Shown here piece by piece: positions 1-13,800 of a DNA stretch of 64,000 bases. Each line of letters begins with the position of its first letter. Position 1 is the stretch's first letter. The notes under the pieces are model-generated. The model was not told where the DNA came from. It saw only the letters and a list, made by a program, of their open reading frames with translations, and ran no database searches. The stretch comes from Auanema rhodensis (lineage: Eukaryota; Animalia; Nematoda), in assembly GCA_964057225.1 (NCBI GenBank), contig OZ059897.1, positions 9,610,001-9,674,000 on the forward strand, given 5' to 3'. The translations under genes were made by a program, and so were the position numbers.

Positions 1-902
1 GAAATAAGAAAAAAAGAAAGAAAGGTATTATATGTTATAAAGAAATGTACAAATTGGATTTGACAGGCTGACAACTTGCTGACGACTGTGAGGAGCACCC
101 CAGACGACAAACAAAGAAAGCGATATATGTAGTTTTCATAGATTTCAGCTTTCATCTATCAAATAAGGAAAAATAATTGAAAACTAAATTTTGTTTACAA
201 TGTGATGATAATCTCCACATTCTAATGTATTATCTTGACTTGTCTTTGTCCATTAAAGTCAAACCTCAACTCTGAAACTACAGTTCTACTGTCATTTTGA
301 TATTTTTTGAATAAATAATTTTCTCGTTTTGATTTCTTAATTCATATATGTGTGTATTGATAGTAATCATTCTCTTATTATCTATCTATTTTCTGTGTTT
401 CTGTCATAAATCTACCAGAAAAACCAAACGTTCAACCCCCCCCCCCTTCTTAATCAAATTAGCGGCCACCGGTGCATGAAGCAAATATTTTCGTAATTAG
501 ATCAAAACCTTCTCTCTTTTCCACCTCTTCTCTGTCTTACGGCATTCTTAAGACAAATAGTAGATTATATATGTATATATATATATATAACTATACATAT
601 AGTAAAAATACATAATTAGAATATAGTTTATAAACGAATGTTTAAATACGAAATAATCGACAACTTCTTCATTAGAGACTTGTTCCTAATTTGTTATTGA
701 TTCATTAATTCTACCTTGTTTTTCAAGCTAATTTTATGAAACCAAATTCTGTATGAAAACATTTACTAGGCCAACACTCTCTCAACTTCTTCTGATTTTT
801 CAAGCAAAACTATCAGTTGTTCCCTGAACTTGTATGTTTGTTAACATTTTGTTCCAAACGTATATCAGAAAGATAACGTGATCAGATGGCATCGATTTGT
901 AT

Positions 903-960
903 GGATAGGGATCGTCTGTGTTTCGCTTCATTGAGCATGCTCAATGAACGATCCCTATCC
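903..960. repeat. Interrupted perfect palindrome (46 bp palindrome with a 12-nt insert in the left arm)
   Basis: GGATAGGGATCG-[TCTGTGTTTCGC]-TTCATTGAGCATGCTCAATGAA-CGATCCCTATCC. The outer 12-mers are exact reverse complements and the inner 22-mer is self-complementary. Confidence 0.9.
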
Positions 961-3900
961 TCTTTAATAGACCGATATGATCTTACAATCTTATCGTAGA
1001 TTAGGAAAATATGTTTTTTTCAAATAAAAGTTTTTAAAATCTACAGAAAACTACAAAAAAATTACATTGTTCTCTCTTATGACTTCCAGGAAGAAAACGT
1101 TCCTACAACGTCGAATAATCAGATGATTTGTCTTGTTAACTCATCGTTATAATTCAATGAACAAAAGGACAAGAACTTGAAATTTCAACAATAATCTTAG
1201 CTATCTGTATAAATATTTATTGAAATTAAACATACAAAATTATAATAAAAATAGTAAAAAAATTTATATAATTGTGAATAATTTTCAAATTTTTGATAAT
1301 TTTAATAGAATTTCCATTTTTTTCCCAAACTTTTAAGGAAAATGTTGGTCTTTCTCAAAATTTTCATCGTTATATATGCTTTGGAAAAGTTAATGAACTG
1401 ATATATGTATCACACACTTTATAGATGAATTTTATTATTTATTATTATTTATTTATTATTTTGATTTTCAATTTTTTTGTTAAAAAAATCTTAATTTGAT
1501 TCAATTTATGTAGTTTACCGTTGGATGGCCTTTACATGTCGACCCCCCCCCCTTCCCAAAGGTATACGGTAGAACTTTGTGTCGTCGTCAGTCTTTATAT
1601 GCTTATCGTCATTCTCTTCAGGCCAAGTTCTAATGAGAAAAGTTTGAGATGAAAAGCTGAAAATCTGATAAGAAACAGAACAACAGAAGAGAATATGTTT
1701 CGTGAAATTTTATTTAATTATAAATAAATTGATTTGTACATAATCTATATTTATGTCTTCATGGTCTGCATCTTCATTTCGCTACCATCCATAACAAGCA
1801 CGAATGACTTTGAACTTTTGTGATTAATATGATGATTAGACAAGCATCACGGAGTTAAGATATGCTTTTCTGATTTTTTGATTTTCACATTTGCAAATGT
1901 CCTATGTTCAAACTCTAGTTTATCATTAAAAAATTTGTTTGTTTCCCAATTTTTTAGTTTAACAAGATAATGTTTCTGTTCATACAATATGTATGTATCT
2001 GTCGGCTAATCCGACGTAGTCCGCTCAATTACAGTGTCCAACTCATCGAATGACGCAACCCATATATAGAGTATTACAGACTTGAAGAGGATAAGGCTAA
2101 GGGGATAAGAGACTTAGATTCTTGCTACTGATACTCATCCTCATTTGCTAGGACACACCAACTACTCCTCTTTAACAATCATTAGAATGAGATAATGACG
2201 TAACTATTACTCCTAGCACCTCTCTAACTTATAGTTGGGTGTCTCTCTTCATTCTCACTCTTTATTCATTTCTTAATAACGTTTGAAGAAACGGAGAGAG
2301 ATATACGGATATACAGAGAGATATGATGAGAGGAAGAGAGAGATAGATGAAGAAAGATAGGCAAAGAGGGGGAGAGTAGAAAAAGTTGTCAGTGAGGAGT
2401 GAAATACATAAGTAACTCTGAAAAGGTTAAGTGGTTATCTTCAAAGTACTTCTCAAAACTTTGATTATACCGAATACAATGATATTTGAGGTTACTGTAG
2501 TTTTGCTCTATTCTGTTCATTATCGTCACAGTTCTAACCAGGAAGTTGTTTCATCGTTTTTAGTAATTTAGAAGTCAAAACTATATAATTATTATGCATT
2601 GTTTATAGTTTAATGTAAAGTATTATATGATTTTTTCCACAAATAAATATTTCTCTTTGTCATTTCACTAATTAGATTATCATTTAGCATCCTGATTTGT
2701 CGTTACAATTGAAATAAGAACATGACATAAAGAGAAAATGTAGCATACATGACTCAAGTTTTTCTTTCTAATTTTAATGTTTATAAACAAGGTTGCAATA
2801 TGCTTCTTCTTATTATTAAAATTCTTGCTTATCATCATCGTTTTTCATAATCAAATTACCTGAATAGCTAAAGAGATACAAATCAACCGGTCATCTAATT
2901 GCTACAGTTAGAAATGATATTATTCCTAGATGGCACTTCACGTGCAATTGACGTGCATCAACTGAGCTCAACCAAGAAAAAGACATTTCAAAGGATTTTT
3001 TTCACTTGCTCATTAGTGATTGTCAGCTGCTGAACAAACAGTTGATATAATGATAAGGGCTTCTGATGTCTTAAGACCAGCTGCTTTGTGTATTTAACCG
3101 ATTGACCGGAATTCCTTCTTTCATCAAGACCGACCGTAACACACTGATAAAATGCAAGACGTGGACTCCAGAATAGGACATCAGTTGATTTGCCAAATTG
3201 ATTTCCAGATGGCTTCTGTATACAGTCGGTATGATGAAAACGGGCGCAAAATCAACTATCAGTTAATCGTTCATGTAAACAAAATTAATAAATGATTAAT
3301 GATATTCTTTAACAGTTACAATATAATAATAAAAATCAAGAAAAAAGAAACAAAACAAAAAAAAACTTTCAAGGTATATGCTGATATGTTTATGATCAAA
3401 GACTATATGACGGCATATAATTAGTATGTAAACCAACTTTAATATTCATAACAAACTAATTTTATTTTTATTTTTATTACCTATTAATGACAGAGAGTCT
3501 AAAGAAAATGTTCAATTGAAGTGCTCAATGCACATCTATATCTACGTATACCATCAGTTGTCATCCTCTTTTATCTCAACCGCCACCAGCTAGACCTTGT
3601 CAACAGAAATGTAGAAAGAACAGATAGTAAATCAATTTATTGTCAATCGTGTTATAATATAGAAGGAAAAAATTTAGAGATGAAGATGGCAACAGAGTTT
3701 TCCTTTTTTTCTTGTTTTCATACATTTTTTTTGCCAAAAATATAACATAAATATACATCAAATACATATAAAACATTACAGTATGATAGAAATAAACTGT
3801 GAAGCCCAAAAAATGATTTGGAAATATGAAATGCAACCGGAAAACAAATGGAAAGAAGCAAAGACTGAGAAAGAATAAGAAGCTCTAGAGGTTTTATTTT

Positions 3901-4411
3901 CTCTGTTTCAATAAAATTATTATTTTTTTTGGAAAGTAGATGAAGGTATTGTGTAAGATTTGCAATTGTTGGAAATATCATTGCATGTACCAGAATATTC
4001 GATGAATTTCACAAAACAAATGTAAGAAATGTGATAATGAAGATACAATTTGAACACATAGTATATAAGATATAAATATATTTATATAACATTCAAAGAT
4101 GAAAAAAAGTTTTTTTTAAATAATAATAAAAAAAGAAGAAGATCATTTGTAATACACGTGTTGTTTTTGGGTGGGAGGATGGAGTAGTGGAAAGTTTTTT
4201 CATGAAAAAAAGCTGACATGTTATATTTAAACAATAAAATATATTGCACTTCAGTTCACCAAAAAACTTGACACGATTCAGCGAACCTGGCCGATTCCTA
4301 CATTCAACTGGAGACGATAATCGTTTTAAGGGAAAAAATGAAAAAATCACGTGAACATAAGTTCCATGTTCTCATGGACCACTATTCCACATGATATTCT
4401 CAACGAAAGAG

Positions 4412-7071
4412 TTAAGCGATTTTCGGATCGGGAACGCTAACTGAGGTAGTATCAGGTAAATCGGATGTGGATAATGCTGCTGTCTGAGCACTTGGATGCT
4501 GCTGCATTCGAGCCATGGCAGCTAAGAATTCTTGTGGATCCATGGGATTGACCATTGGGAAGAAAAAGGGCAGATGACGTGGTCCTAGACCACCGATAGC
4601 CATGGCAGCCGCTGCAGCCGGTCCAGCAGCTGCTGGATTTAGCGGTGCCAGCGGAGGGGAAAGATTTGTTCCTATGTTAGACGGTACAACCGGAAGGATT
4701 GGGCGCATCATAGGCACACGTGGGCCAGAAGCTGCAGCTACCATTGCGGGCATTCCAGGAAGAAAGCTGCTGAACTGAAGTCCTTGTAAGTCAGAATTAT
4801 CAGGTTGACGCTTGAATCTGAAATAAATGAAAATAAATGAATGAAAATTGAATAAATATAGAAGAAGTGGGCAAAAATCAAATAAAATCGATAATAGAGA
4901 TAAGTTATTTTTCTTTGAAATAATTGTTTTCATATTATTATTATTACTATTGATTCGATTATAATTTAACTATACTAACCAAACAACTATTCTATCAATT
5001 CATAATATAATTTATGTGAGTATATTAGCTGAAAAAAGTAAATTCAACTGATCACTTCGCTACTTGGAATAAAATGTTTTTTGATTTTTCTTTTTAGAAG
5101 CTGCAAGTGTTAATGTATTTAACATTGCTTCGATATATTGGATATATGTATATATGTGTAAGCTTTATAAAAGAAGCAAAAAATGAGAAGATTTAAAAGA
5201 GAAAAGATGAAAAGATATTCGTAAAAAAATGAGAAAACATGAAAAATTACATATTTTTAGCACATATTGAAATGAATTAAGCAGATACAACATATGTCAT
5301 TTGATGAGTATACGAGGATCAGTATGTGAGTGTGTATGTGTATATCTGAGTGTATGTGATGTGTATATCTGTGTGTTGTCTATGTGGCTGTTGTTCAAGC
5401 AAGTTGGCATACGGTAGTCGAAATCAACAACCATTCACACCTTTAAGCCAAAGTCATAACTATTGAAGTTGGAAATAAATTTTCTTTTGAAATAAAATTA
5501 TAAAAGTGAATAGGATTATAAGATAATATACAAATACAGAATATATATATTTATATTTCTATATATGTATATGTATATGTATATATATTTTAAATACTGT
5601 CATCCAATGATGATGATTACGGTAGAATGTTCGAAAATTATCATCCATAGGATACAATTTTGCGATATGAATGATAAAAGGTCATTATAGATTATATTAG
5701 AAAAGACATTTTTATCATATAATCATATTATATATATATATAACTATAACTATATATATATATATATATATATATGACTTTTCTGTGAGATTTCAATGAT
5801 TTATGTAACGTTGATGCTCTCGAAATATGATGAAAGTTGTCATTCCTTTCATGAGCATAATAAAGAAAATATGAAGTAACAAGGAATAGTAACACGAAAT
5901 GAACAAACCGTTTGCGTCGACGTAGAAATGAACCGTTATCAAACATTCCTTCGGATTTGGGATCTAATCCCCAGTAATTACCCTTTCCAGGGTTTCCTGG
6001 CTCTCGTGGAATCTGGAAATAGTTACGATAAGAATCATTATTGAATATATATAGTAAGAAATGTTTACCTTCATGAAACAGTCATTCAAACTTAGATTAT
6101 GCCTGATGGAATTTTGCCATGCCGGAAATTTGTCACTGAAAATTAAATTCTAAGTATAGTAACTGTTTAAGATTCTCCCCTTAGAGAGAAAAAATTTAGA
6201 AAATTAATGAAAATCATGTATACTAATCATGTGAATTGATAGTTAAATGATTGATGATGATAGTTATGTTGATCAAAAAATTAAATTTACCGATAGTATG
6301 GGAAGCGGTTGATGATAAAATCACATATTTGGCTGAGTGTCAGTTTCTTTTCGGGTGAATTTAGAATAGCCATTGCTATTAAGGCTATATAACTATATGG
6401 TGGTTTCGATCCGTCAGACTTTGAACGATGCGATGACATTCCACCGGATTTTCTATCAGGTGTAACCGAATTTCCGTTTGACATTGATGTCATTTGACCG
6501 GTTGGATCAACTCCAGAAGCACTATTAGCTGGCGACGTTACTGTACATGGACTGTAAAATTATTGTGTAATAAAATATTTTATATTATTTCATTTTAAAA
6601 ATGCTTTAAAGTTCGGTTGGCGTAACTTTCACAATTAAGTTTTGTGGATAGAAAATAGTACCTGGGTGAATCATCATCTGATAAATCTCCACCATCCTTC
6701 TTGTCATCGTCTACTGCTGAGGAAGCTTCATGCAAATCCTCTTTGTAAACTACAGAATTCACAAAGGTAGCTGAATGCAGATCATCCTCTTCATCCAATT
6801 CGTCGTCAATTTCATCCAGTTCATCATCATCTTCCTCTTCATCATCTCTTTTCACATCTTCATTTGATGATGTGGATGGTTCTCGTGAGTAGCTAACTTC
6901 ACGTGAACTAGCGGAAAACGAATCCGAACCAAAATCTGCTCTAGCTACACGTTTATGAACAACTTCTTCTTCCTCATCATCAAGTTGAAGAGATAGATGT
7001 CGTTTTCTGGACTGTGAATCTTTTGAAGCTGATAGAATAGAATCCATTGAGAAACGAACTTGTGTCGTCAT
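4412..7071 (-). CDS. unc-130: Forkhead box D-class transcription factor, 5 coding exons (7071-6662, 6551-6291, 6135-6069, 6012-5909, 4817-4412)
   Basis: The spliced frame gives [99 protein letters not shown], a FoxD-type forkhead domain. There is an N-terminal eh1-like motif FSMDSIL, an acidic tract and a Pro/Ala-rich tail. All introns are GT-AG with matching phases, and TTTCTAG lies 2 nt before the ATG. Confidence 0.93.
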
Positions 7072-8106
7072 TTCTAGAAATAAACGAATAAATCAGTTGA
7101 AATAGCTGAAACAATTTGAAGAAAACGATGAAGCACAATGAAAAAATAAACATTTTGTTTAAAACGAAACAATACAATTATAAAGAAATATTTTCGTGTA
7201 TGCGCATCAGCCAATAAATTTCAGTTACTGATTGATCAAGACATAAACTTGTCAGGCTCTTCATCAGTAAAGCCAATTGCTTGTTGGCTAGACGTCTTGT
7301 TTGTTTATTTGATCCATCAAATCTCTAACAATCCGAAGATATCGTAAGCTTTTCATCATGTCTTTTATCTCAAAATTGGTAATGAAAAGAAGGAAAAAAA
7401 CGAAAAGAAAAGATTTTAAGTAGCTAAGCTATACGTCTAATATATGTGTGTATAAGTGGTGGTTAGATTAGCACTAAACGTGAATAGGACAAACTAACAG
7501 AGTCTCTTCATAACTGATAAGAAAATATAAAAAGATGAAAAAGCAATCTAAAATACATATAAAGAGACATAGAAATCTTGGAAAAAAAAGAAAAAATAAA
7601 TAAAAGAAATGACAAAATTAATGGATTATATGTAAATCTATAAACATCTTGTAATAATATATAAATTTAAAAATATAATTAAAATGATATATCATCTATA
7701 TATAGTTACAAATTGAATATAATTGCTGGAAAATAAGGTTCAATGTTGTATGGGTTGATTGAAAAATGTTTTTCTTATCATTATTTTGTACATAAAGTTG
7801 TGAATTAATGTTATAAAATAAACTTTCAGAGAATATATAGCATGAATACCAATATATAAGAGAATGAGAAAATAGAAAGAATATGTAATTCTAGCCCTTT
7901 TCAGTAGAATAGAATATGATAGATTGAGTATGTCTATGATACAGACATTGAGCTTTACCTACAACTTAGAATGTGCAACCGATAAGTTTTACTTGTATTA
8001 CCGTAATCACACATAAATATTTATTTAACAAAATAGATGTTGTCAATCTGTTAATCGAAACATAGAAGAAAGAAGATGTCTGCTGTTCTTCGGACGTAAA
8101 ACCTTA

Positions 8107-8230
8107 CAGTGGGCGTGGCCAACGCTGCTAATTGGATGAAGACGATACGTTGTGCCACGCCTACTGGGCCCTGAGCCCGCCCACTTATGTGGCGCCAGCA
8201 CCAACAATCACACAAGCCAGCCATTGGTTT
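8107..8230. promoter_or_regulatory. GC-rich island with GC boxes and CCAAT motifs; candidate FoxD promoter about 1 kb upstream of the ATG
   Basis: GGGCGTGG, GCCACGCC, GCCCGCCCA and two ATTGG (CCAAT on the - strand) cluster in ~120 bp within very AT-rich flanks. The function is inferred. Confidence 0.45.
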
Positions 8231-10806
8231 GGTCTTTTTTAACTTCAATTTGCAAAGCAAAGGAAAGCTAGATCGATTATTTAAACTTTTAAGAGAATAT
8301 GTAGAAAATTGTCTATTTATTATGTGAAAAATACATTGTCGATAAGTTATATTTTGAATATAATTTTTTTCTTATCGTATGTATTGAATTAAGATTTTCT
8401 GCTAAAATAATGAATCGTATTTTCAATTTTAATGTAATTTTGTAATGTACTGAACTAATTTGTGATTTGTTTTCTTATATAAGACGAATTGCTTCTTCTA
8501 TTTCGAAACAGTTTTCGTATAATCGACCTGAATGTCTTCTGATTGTCTTGTCGACATCGTAGTTATCGAAGTCAGCAATCGGTTGTCATCATGGTAAAAT
8601 CAACAAAAGCCGGTCACACTTCTCATAGAAACACAGTACTCCGGAAGAAATGAGGAAAAACCGAGGACGATTTTCACTCGTTGCCGATCACTTCTTGAGA
8701 CAACAAGAGTGATTTTTCTTTTATTCTCGTATAAACTTGATACGGCAACTTAAAGTTTATAATTAGGCTTAAGTATAACGTATTACAAATTAACTTTATA
8801 ATTTTATAATAAAAATGACCTCGGCTATTAGGTAATCTTGCTAAAAGATGATGACGTAAATGCATTCTGAATAGATTCATCGACGTCAGTATTGCTTAAC
8901 CATCTACGATCTAGTATATGATGTGTCTCTGATATCTGCTCTACACACTACGAGGTGAAGAAGAGGTGCTGATATGATATAAAGACAAGATGTCATCATC
9001 AAGAGACATTGTCATCTCATTTCTGAATACCCAAAATAGACGTACTATACTAAAGAAATAGAAATATTTCTGAATAATAATCGAATGTCATCCTTTTTTT
9101 TATATTTGTCACCTACTACGGTAGACGTTGGGAAAAGAAAAATTATTTTTAAATACAGCGAAAATACAAGTATGTTAGCAAAATAGAAATTAATAATGAA
9201 GGATGAATAAGCTGAATGAAATAATATATAGTATAACTGCATCAATGGCTATATCATTCTACAACAGGGCGAAAGTCAATGAGACAAGTGTGGAGAGGGC
9301 TGGAGAGGTAGAAATGTAAAATATCAGTTGGCTCAGGCAAAACATTTATCCAGGGGATCTAGTAAAACAATCACTTTTCATCAGCTTTCCCCCCATCTCT
9401 CGCTCAAAATTTTTTTTCAATTTCCGGATGACGTTAGGATATCTAACATGATGAGTACGAGATGTTGAAACTTCATTTCATTTTTTTTTGTTCATGAAAA
9501 CGTTGTTGGGTTTGTACTTTCTAATGAAAAGATAGAACGATACGATGAGAATCAGGTATGTTATCTCGAGAACACTCTTTTTTTTTTTTTTAAAAAACAG
9601 AATACATTATAACTATTTGATCTGTGAAATATAAAAAAACCGATGAACTACTGCACTTTCGAGTAAATCCACACGATGTGCTAGTTGATGAAACAGATTT
9701 GTCATAAAGATTAGAGACATTAAAGAAAAAGTACATGGCTAATAGTCTAGAAATTTTAAAATAAATGCCGCTTCTCACAATTCTAAATTATGAAACTTTC
9801 ACGCAAATATTATGTTAATTTCGTGTGATAACACGTTTACGTACACGTACATACACGTATACACATACAGCAAATTTCATTTTAAATGTTTGTTTGAAAG
9901 TGAAACGGTTGAGATTTTAAAAAACAATAAAATTATTCTTTTAGTCTTATAAACATGACTAACTAATTAAAATTTAAAAAAAATAAATTTTTTTGTTAAT
10001 ATGATTAGTGATGGAACTGATTGTTAAGACGTATTGTTTACTGTGGTTGAATGTCATCTAGCGCACTGATCAACGTAATTGGCAACATGGCTGATTGATT
10101 CTGATAATCAGATCAGACCGTACGAAGCAATTCAGACACATATAGAGGAGGTCTGACCGCTAGTTGAAGCAAATGATTCGATGAATAGACTGAAAAAGAA
10201 GAGAAAAACGATGATATGTGATGTGACAGACAGCCAGTTTTCTTCTGAGTCTTGTCATTCAGGACTCAGAGTTTTCAATTGTTTTATTACAATACATGAA
10301 AAAAAGAAATTTTCATAATTTTGTTATATAATTCGAATAAATATAATAATTTTGCAACCTTTCTTCCTGGTTTTAATTTATTTTTGTTGATTTAACATGA
10401 AAAAAAGAAGATTGTTTGCATAAAGCATTAAGATGAAAAGAAAATATTTTAAAAAGTATAACACTGATTGGTAACAGATTGTGTGTTGAGGCAGAAAGAT
10501 TGGCAAAAGTTTTTTTTATTCTCCTAATTCATACAATCTATCTATTAGGTGATGATGATATTGTCATCGTGATATTGGCAACTGTTGCCAAAACAATCAG
10601 CTTATTGTAACATATGAATTGACGAGAATATCTAAAGATAGTTTAATGAAATAGTATAGATACCGAAGAGATTGATGATAAAGCTTAGACCAATGAATTC
10701 AATTGAGCTGGAGCAGCAATCAGAGATCTGACTCATTCATCATCTAATCACCGCGACACGACAAATCGGTCGAGCAAGGAGACCCCACCCTATCTTTCAC
10801 TCACTC

Positions 10807-10809
<3 letters not shown>

Positions 10810-10841
<32 letters not shown>
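10810..10841. repeat. (CT)n microsatellite
   Basis: Uninterrupted TC/CT run. Confidence 0.95.
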
Positions 10842-10847
<6 letters not shown>

Positions 10848-13800
10848 TTCTTTCTCTTTCTCTTTCTCTCTTAGTCTTACCTTATTTCTGTTATGTTATC
10901 ACTATTTCTCTCAAATACACTGGAAGGGACGACGACGACGACGTCGACTATGATGAAGATGATGATGATGATGAGGACAGTGATGAGAAGACGTAGCAAG
11001 AGAAATTGAACAAATGGTGACGGATTGGTAGCGATCCTTAGGTATGCACCTAATCTCTCATATTCCGGTCAAGAATCCGGAAACATATATAATGAATCCC
11101 AAACAGATTATGGAAATGAGACGTATATTTACAGTTCAAATACGGTAGAAGGTTTATAAGTAAGAGAGAATAGAAAGGAAAGTAATCTACGTATAAGAAT
11201 GATGACAATAATTTCATATTCAACATCAGATGTTGGTAGGAAATTCAAATATTTTAAGATTTTTCATTGAATTTTTTCACAAATGGAAGTAAATTTTCCC
11301 TTAATATTAGAAAAATGTTGAAGGAAAAAACGAAAACACCAAAATATACATGTGAGATAAAAGAATAAGAAATGAAGAATATTCGTTCGAAAAAAGCAAA
11401 ATGGGATGAAAATTTGAACAATATTATAAGATTTTCACTTAAAATGCTAAGAATTTCAAATAAATTTCAAGTATATTATATTCGTATAAATAATAAAAAG
11501 CTTTTTGGATAATATTATTTACAGAATTTTTTGTTATCATATAAGAAATAATAATAATGTGGCAAAGTTTTATAATAAATGAACCATAACTGCATATTAC
11601 AAATTATTTTGCGATCATATATCTTTGTATATATATATATATATATATATAGAATTTTTATAATAAATAATTAAAATAAATAAAGTTGATAATCATAACG
11701 ACTTAAATTGCTAATTTTATTTCAGTATTTTCTCTTTACATTAATTTGATATTCAAGGAAAAACAGCCATATTAAGCTTAGACTATTACCTATATTATGC
11801 TAGTTAATTTGATAACTTTCATCGGATATAGTATGTGTCTATCAAAATAAATTTCGTAAAATAAATGGTTGGCTGGTAGTACTAGGTTATAGATTATCAT
11901 ATTTCAAAATTCAAACGTTTATTTAGTTTTTTTTTTTTTACTGGACCCAGATTGATTATAAAGATTTTGGTAAGTAGTTTAGGCAAAAGGTACATCGTTA
12001 CATACGTGTTGTGAATTTAGGAATACAAACAGCTGTATAAACAAACTGTAAATCATCTGTCTTAGATTGTAACCAACCTTCTTCGAGATTTCTAAAAGTA
12101 CTTGGTTAGATTCGGTTAGATAAAAGATGTTGAGAATGGCAGTTTCTCTTGTATCTCTTCTATTCAAAACTTCTCTATTACGCTCTCTTTATCTTTAATT
12201 CTCTCACTCATCAAGTAGTTACCGATTACTCTCTAATTCATAGTCATATCCTTATATTGTTTCTTCTTCCTAACCTATCCACTAGAGATACCGAATTATA
12301 GATTATGTCTTAAGACACACCTCTTTGAAACCTTTCTCACTTTCATATATAGAACATGCAGTTAGTGGAGAGTTCAGAGAAAAAAAGAATTGGTTGACAG
12401 TACCTGTCATGTCGGCGCTAATCTAACACAAGCTCATCTATTTCACATCCAAGATTACCATCTTTGGTCAGAAGTCGGTACAAAAACGGAAAAGAAGATA
12501 GATTATGCGGTTGGAAGAGAAATCACACAGTCAGTTAGTTCACTGCCGGATTTCCGTTTATTAAAAGTTTTCCGTTAAGTACTCATGAGGATGGGAATTT
12601 CATATTTTTAGAAAAGGATGCCGCTCTACTGATGAACTCAAAGTTAGAATAATGTTGACGTGAAATATTAAGTAGATCATCATCATGATCATAGCTCATG
12701 TTTAATTTTATTTTCAATTAAATACATAGATAAGAAAGGTTAGGAGGGGGGGGGTTAAGAAAAGTTAAAATAGAGAGGAAGAGAAAGAAAGAGACAAAGC
12801 AAGAGAAATAGGGAATAACGAGCGATTGTGTGAATATGTATGTGTCTTGTTAGTCAAGTTTTCGTATTTTTGAACAAAAAAGTTTTCTCAAAACTAATGT
12901 TATAATTAGACAATTAATTTAATTCATTTTGATTTGTTAATCATGGTAAGATTGAAATATGAAATATTGACGTATTATTGGAAGATGGAAACAAGATTGT
13001 CTATACACACATACACACATACACATACAGACATTCACAGAGGACAGGTGTGTTAATTTGACGTCAATATCGGCTGGTATCTAGATCCCATTTATGGAAT
13101 TTAGCTTATAGATACTAACAAGATAAAATGCAAATATTAAATGGAAAATAAGACAAAGTACAGTGAGAATGATTGCTATTTGCATGAAAAAGAATCAGAA
13201 AAGAATATATGTGTCTTGATAATATACTGTAATAATATCTTAATCGAATACAAAAACTTTAAGAATTATACTGAATGAAAATGGATTTATATACATATAT
13301 GAAGAAAGAAAGAGAGAGAAAGACAGAGAGAAAGAGAGAGAGAGGGAGAGAGAGAAATTGAACTAAGCGCAGAATATTTTACTGAAAGCCAGCCTGCTTT
13401 CTAACGGAATGATGATGTTATGGAAATACTAAAAGTTAAGAAGACGAGCCTTCAAACACAAACTCACAGAATGAAGAAAAAACGAACGATATTTACGAAG
13501 ATGAGCCATCTAAACCTGCCACGTACCAGTTGTGTTTATGTAATTGGAGACAAAACTGAAAGATTGTTGGACAGAGAGCAGAACGACGGTAGTGGCGATG
13601 ACGATAAGATGGCTGACTGAGTAAGCCTCCTGTCTGTATTAGTGCTGACGATAAAGATGGAGAGAAGAACATAAATTATCTAATTTATTCGCATGATATA
13701 TATATTAGTTAGAAGAGAAAAATTATTTTGAAGCTCTCTCTTTCTCGTAATGAATCTTCAAATTTTCATAAATATTATGATTCAAGTATGTTCTCACTGT

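Noticed and set aside
4369-4382. GTTCTCATGGACCA, an X-box-like sequence just 3' of the FoxD stop
   Set aside because: The right half lacks the terminal RAC, and it lies in a 3' UTR rather than a promoter.
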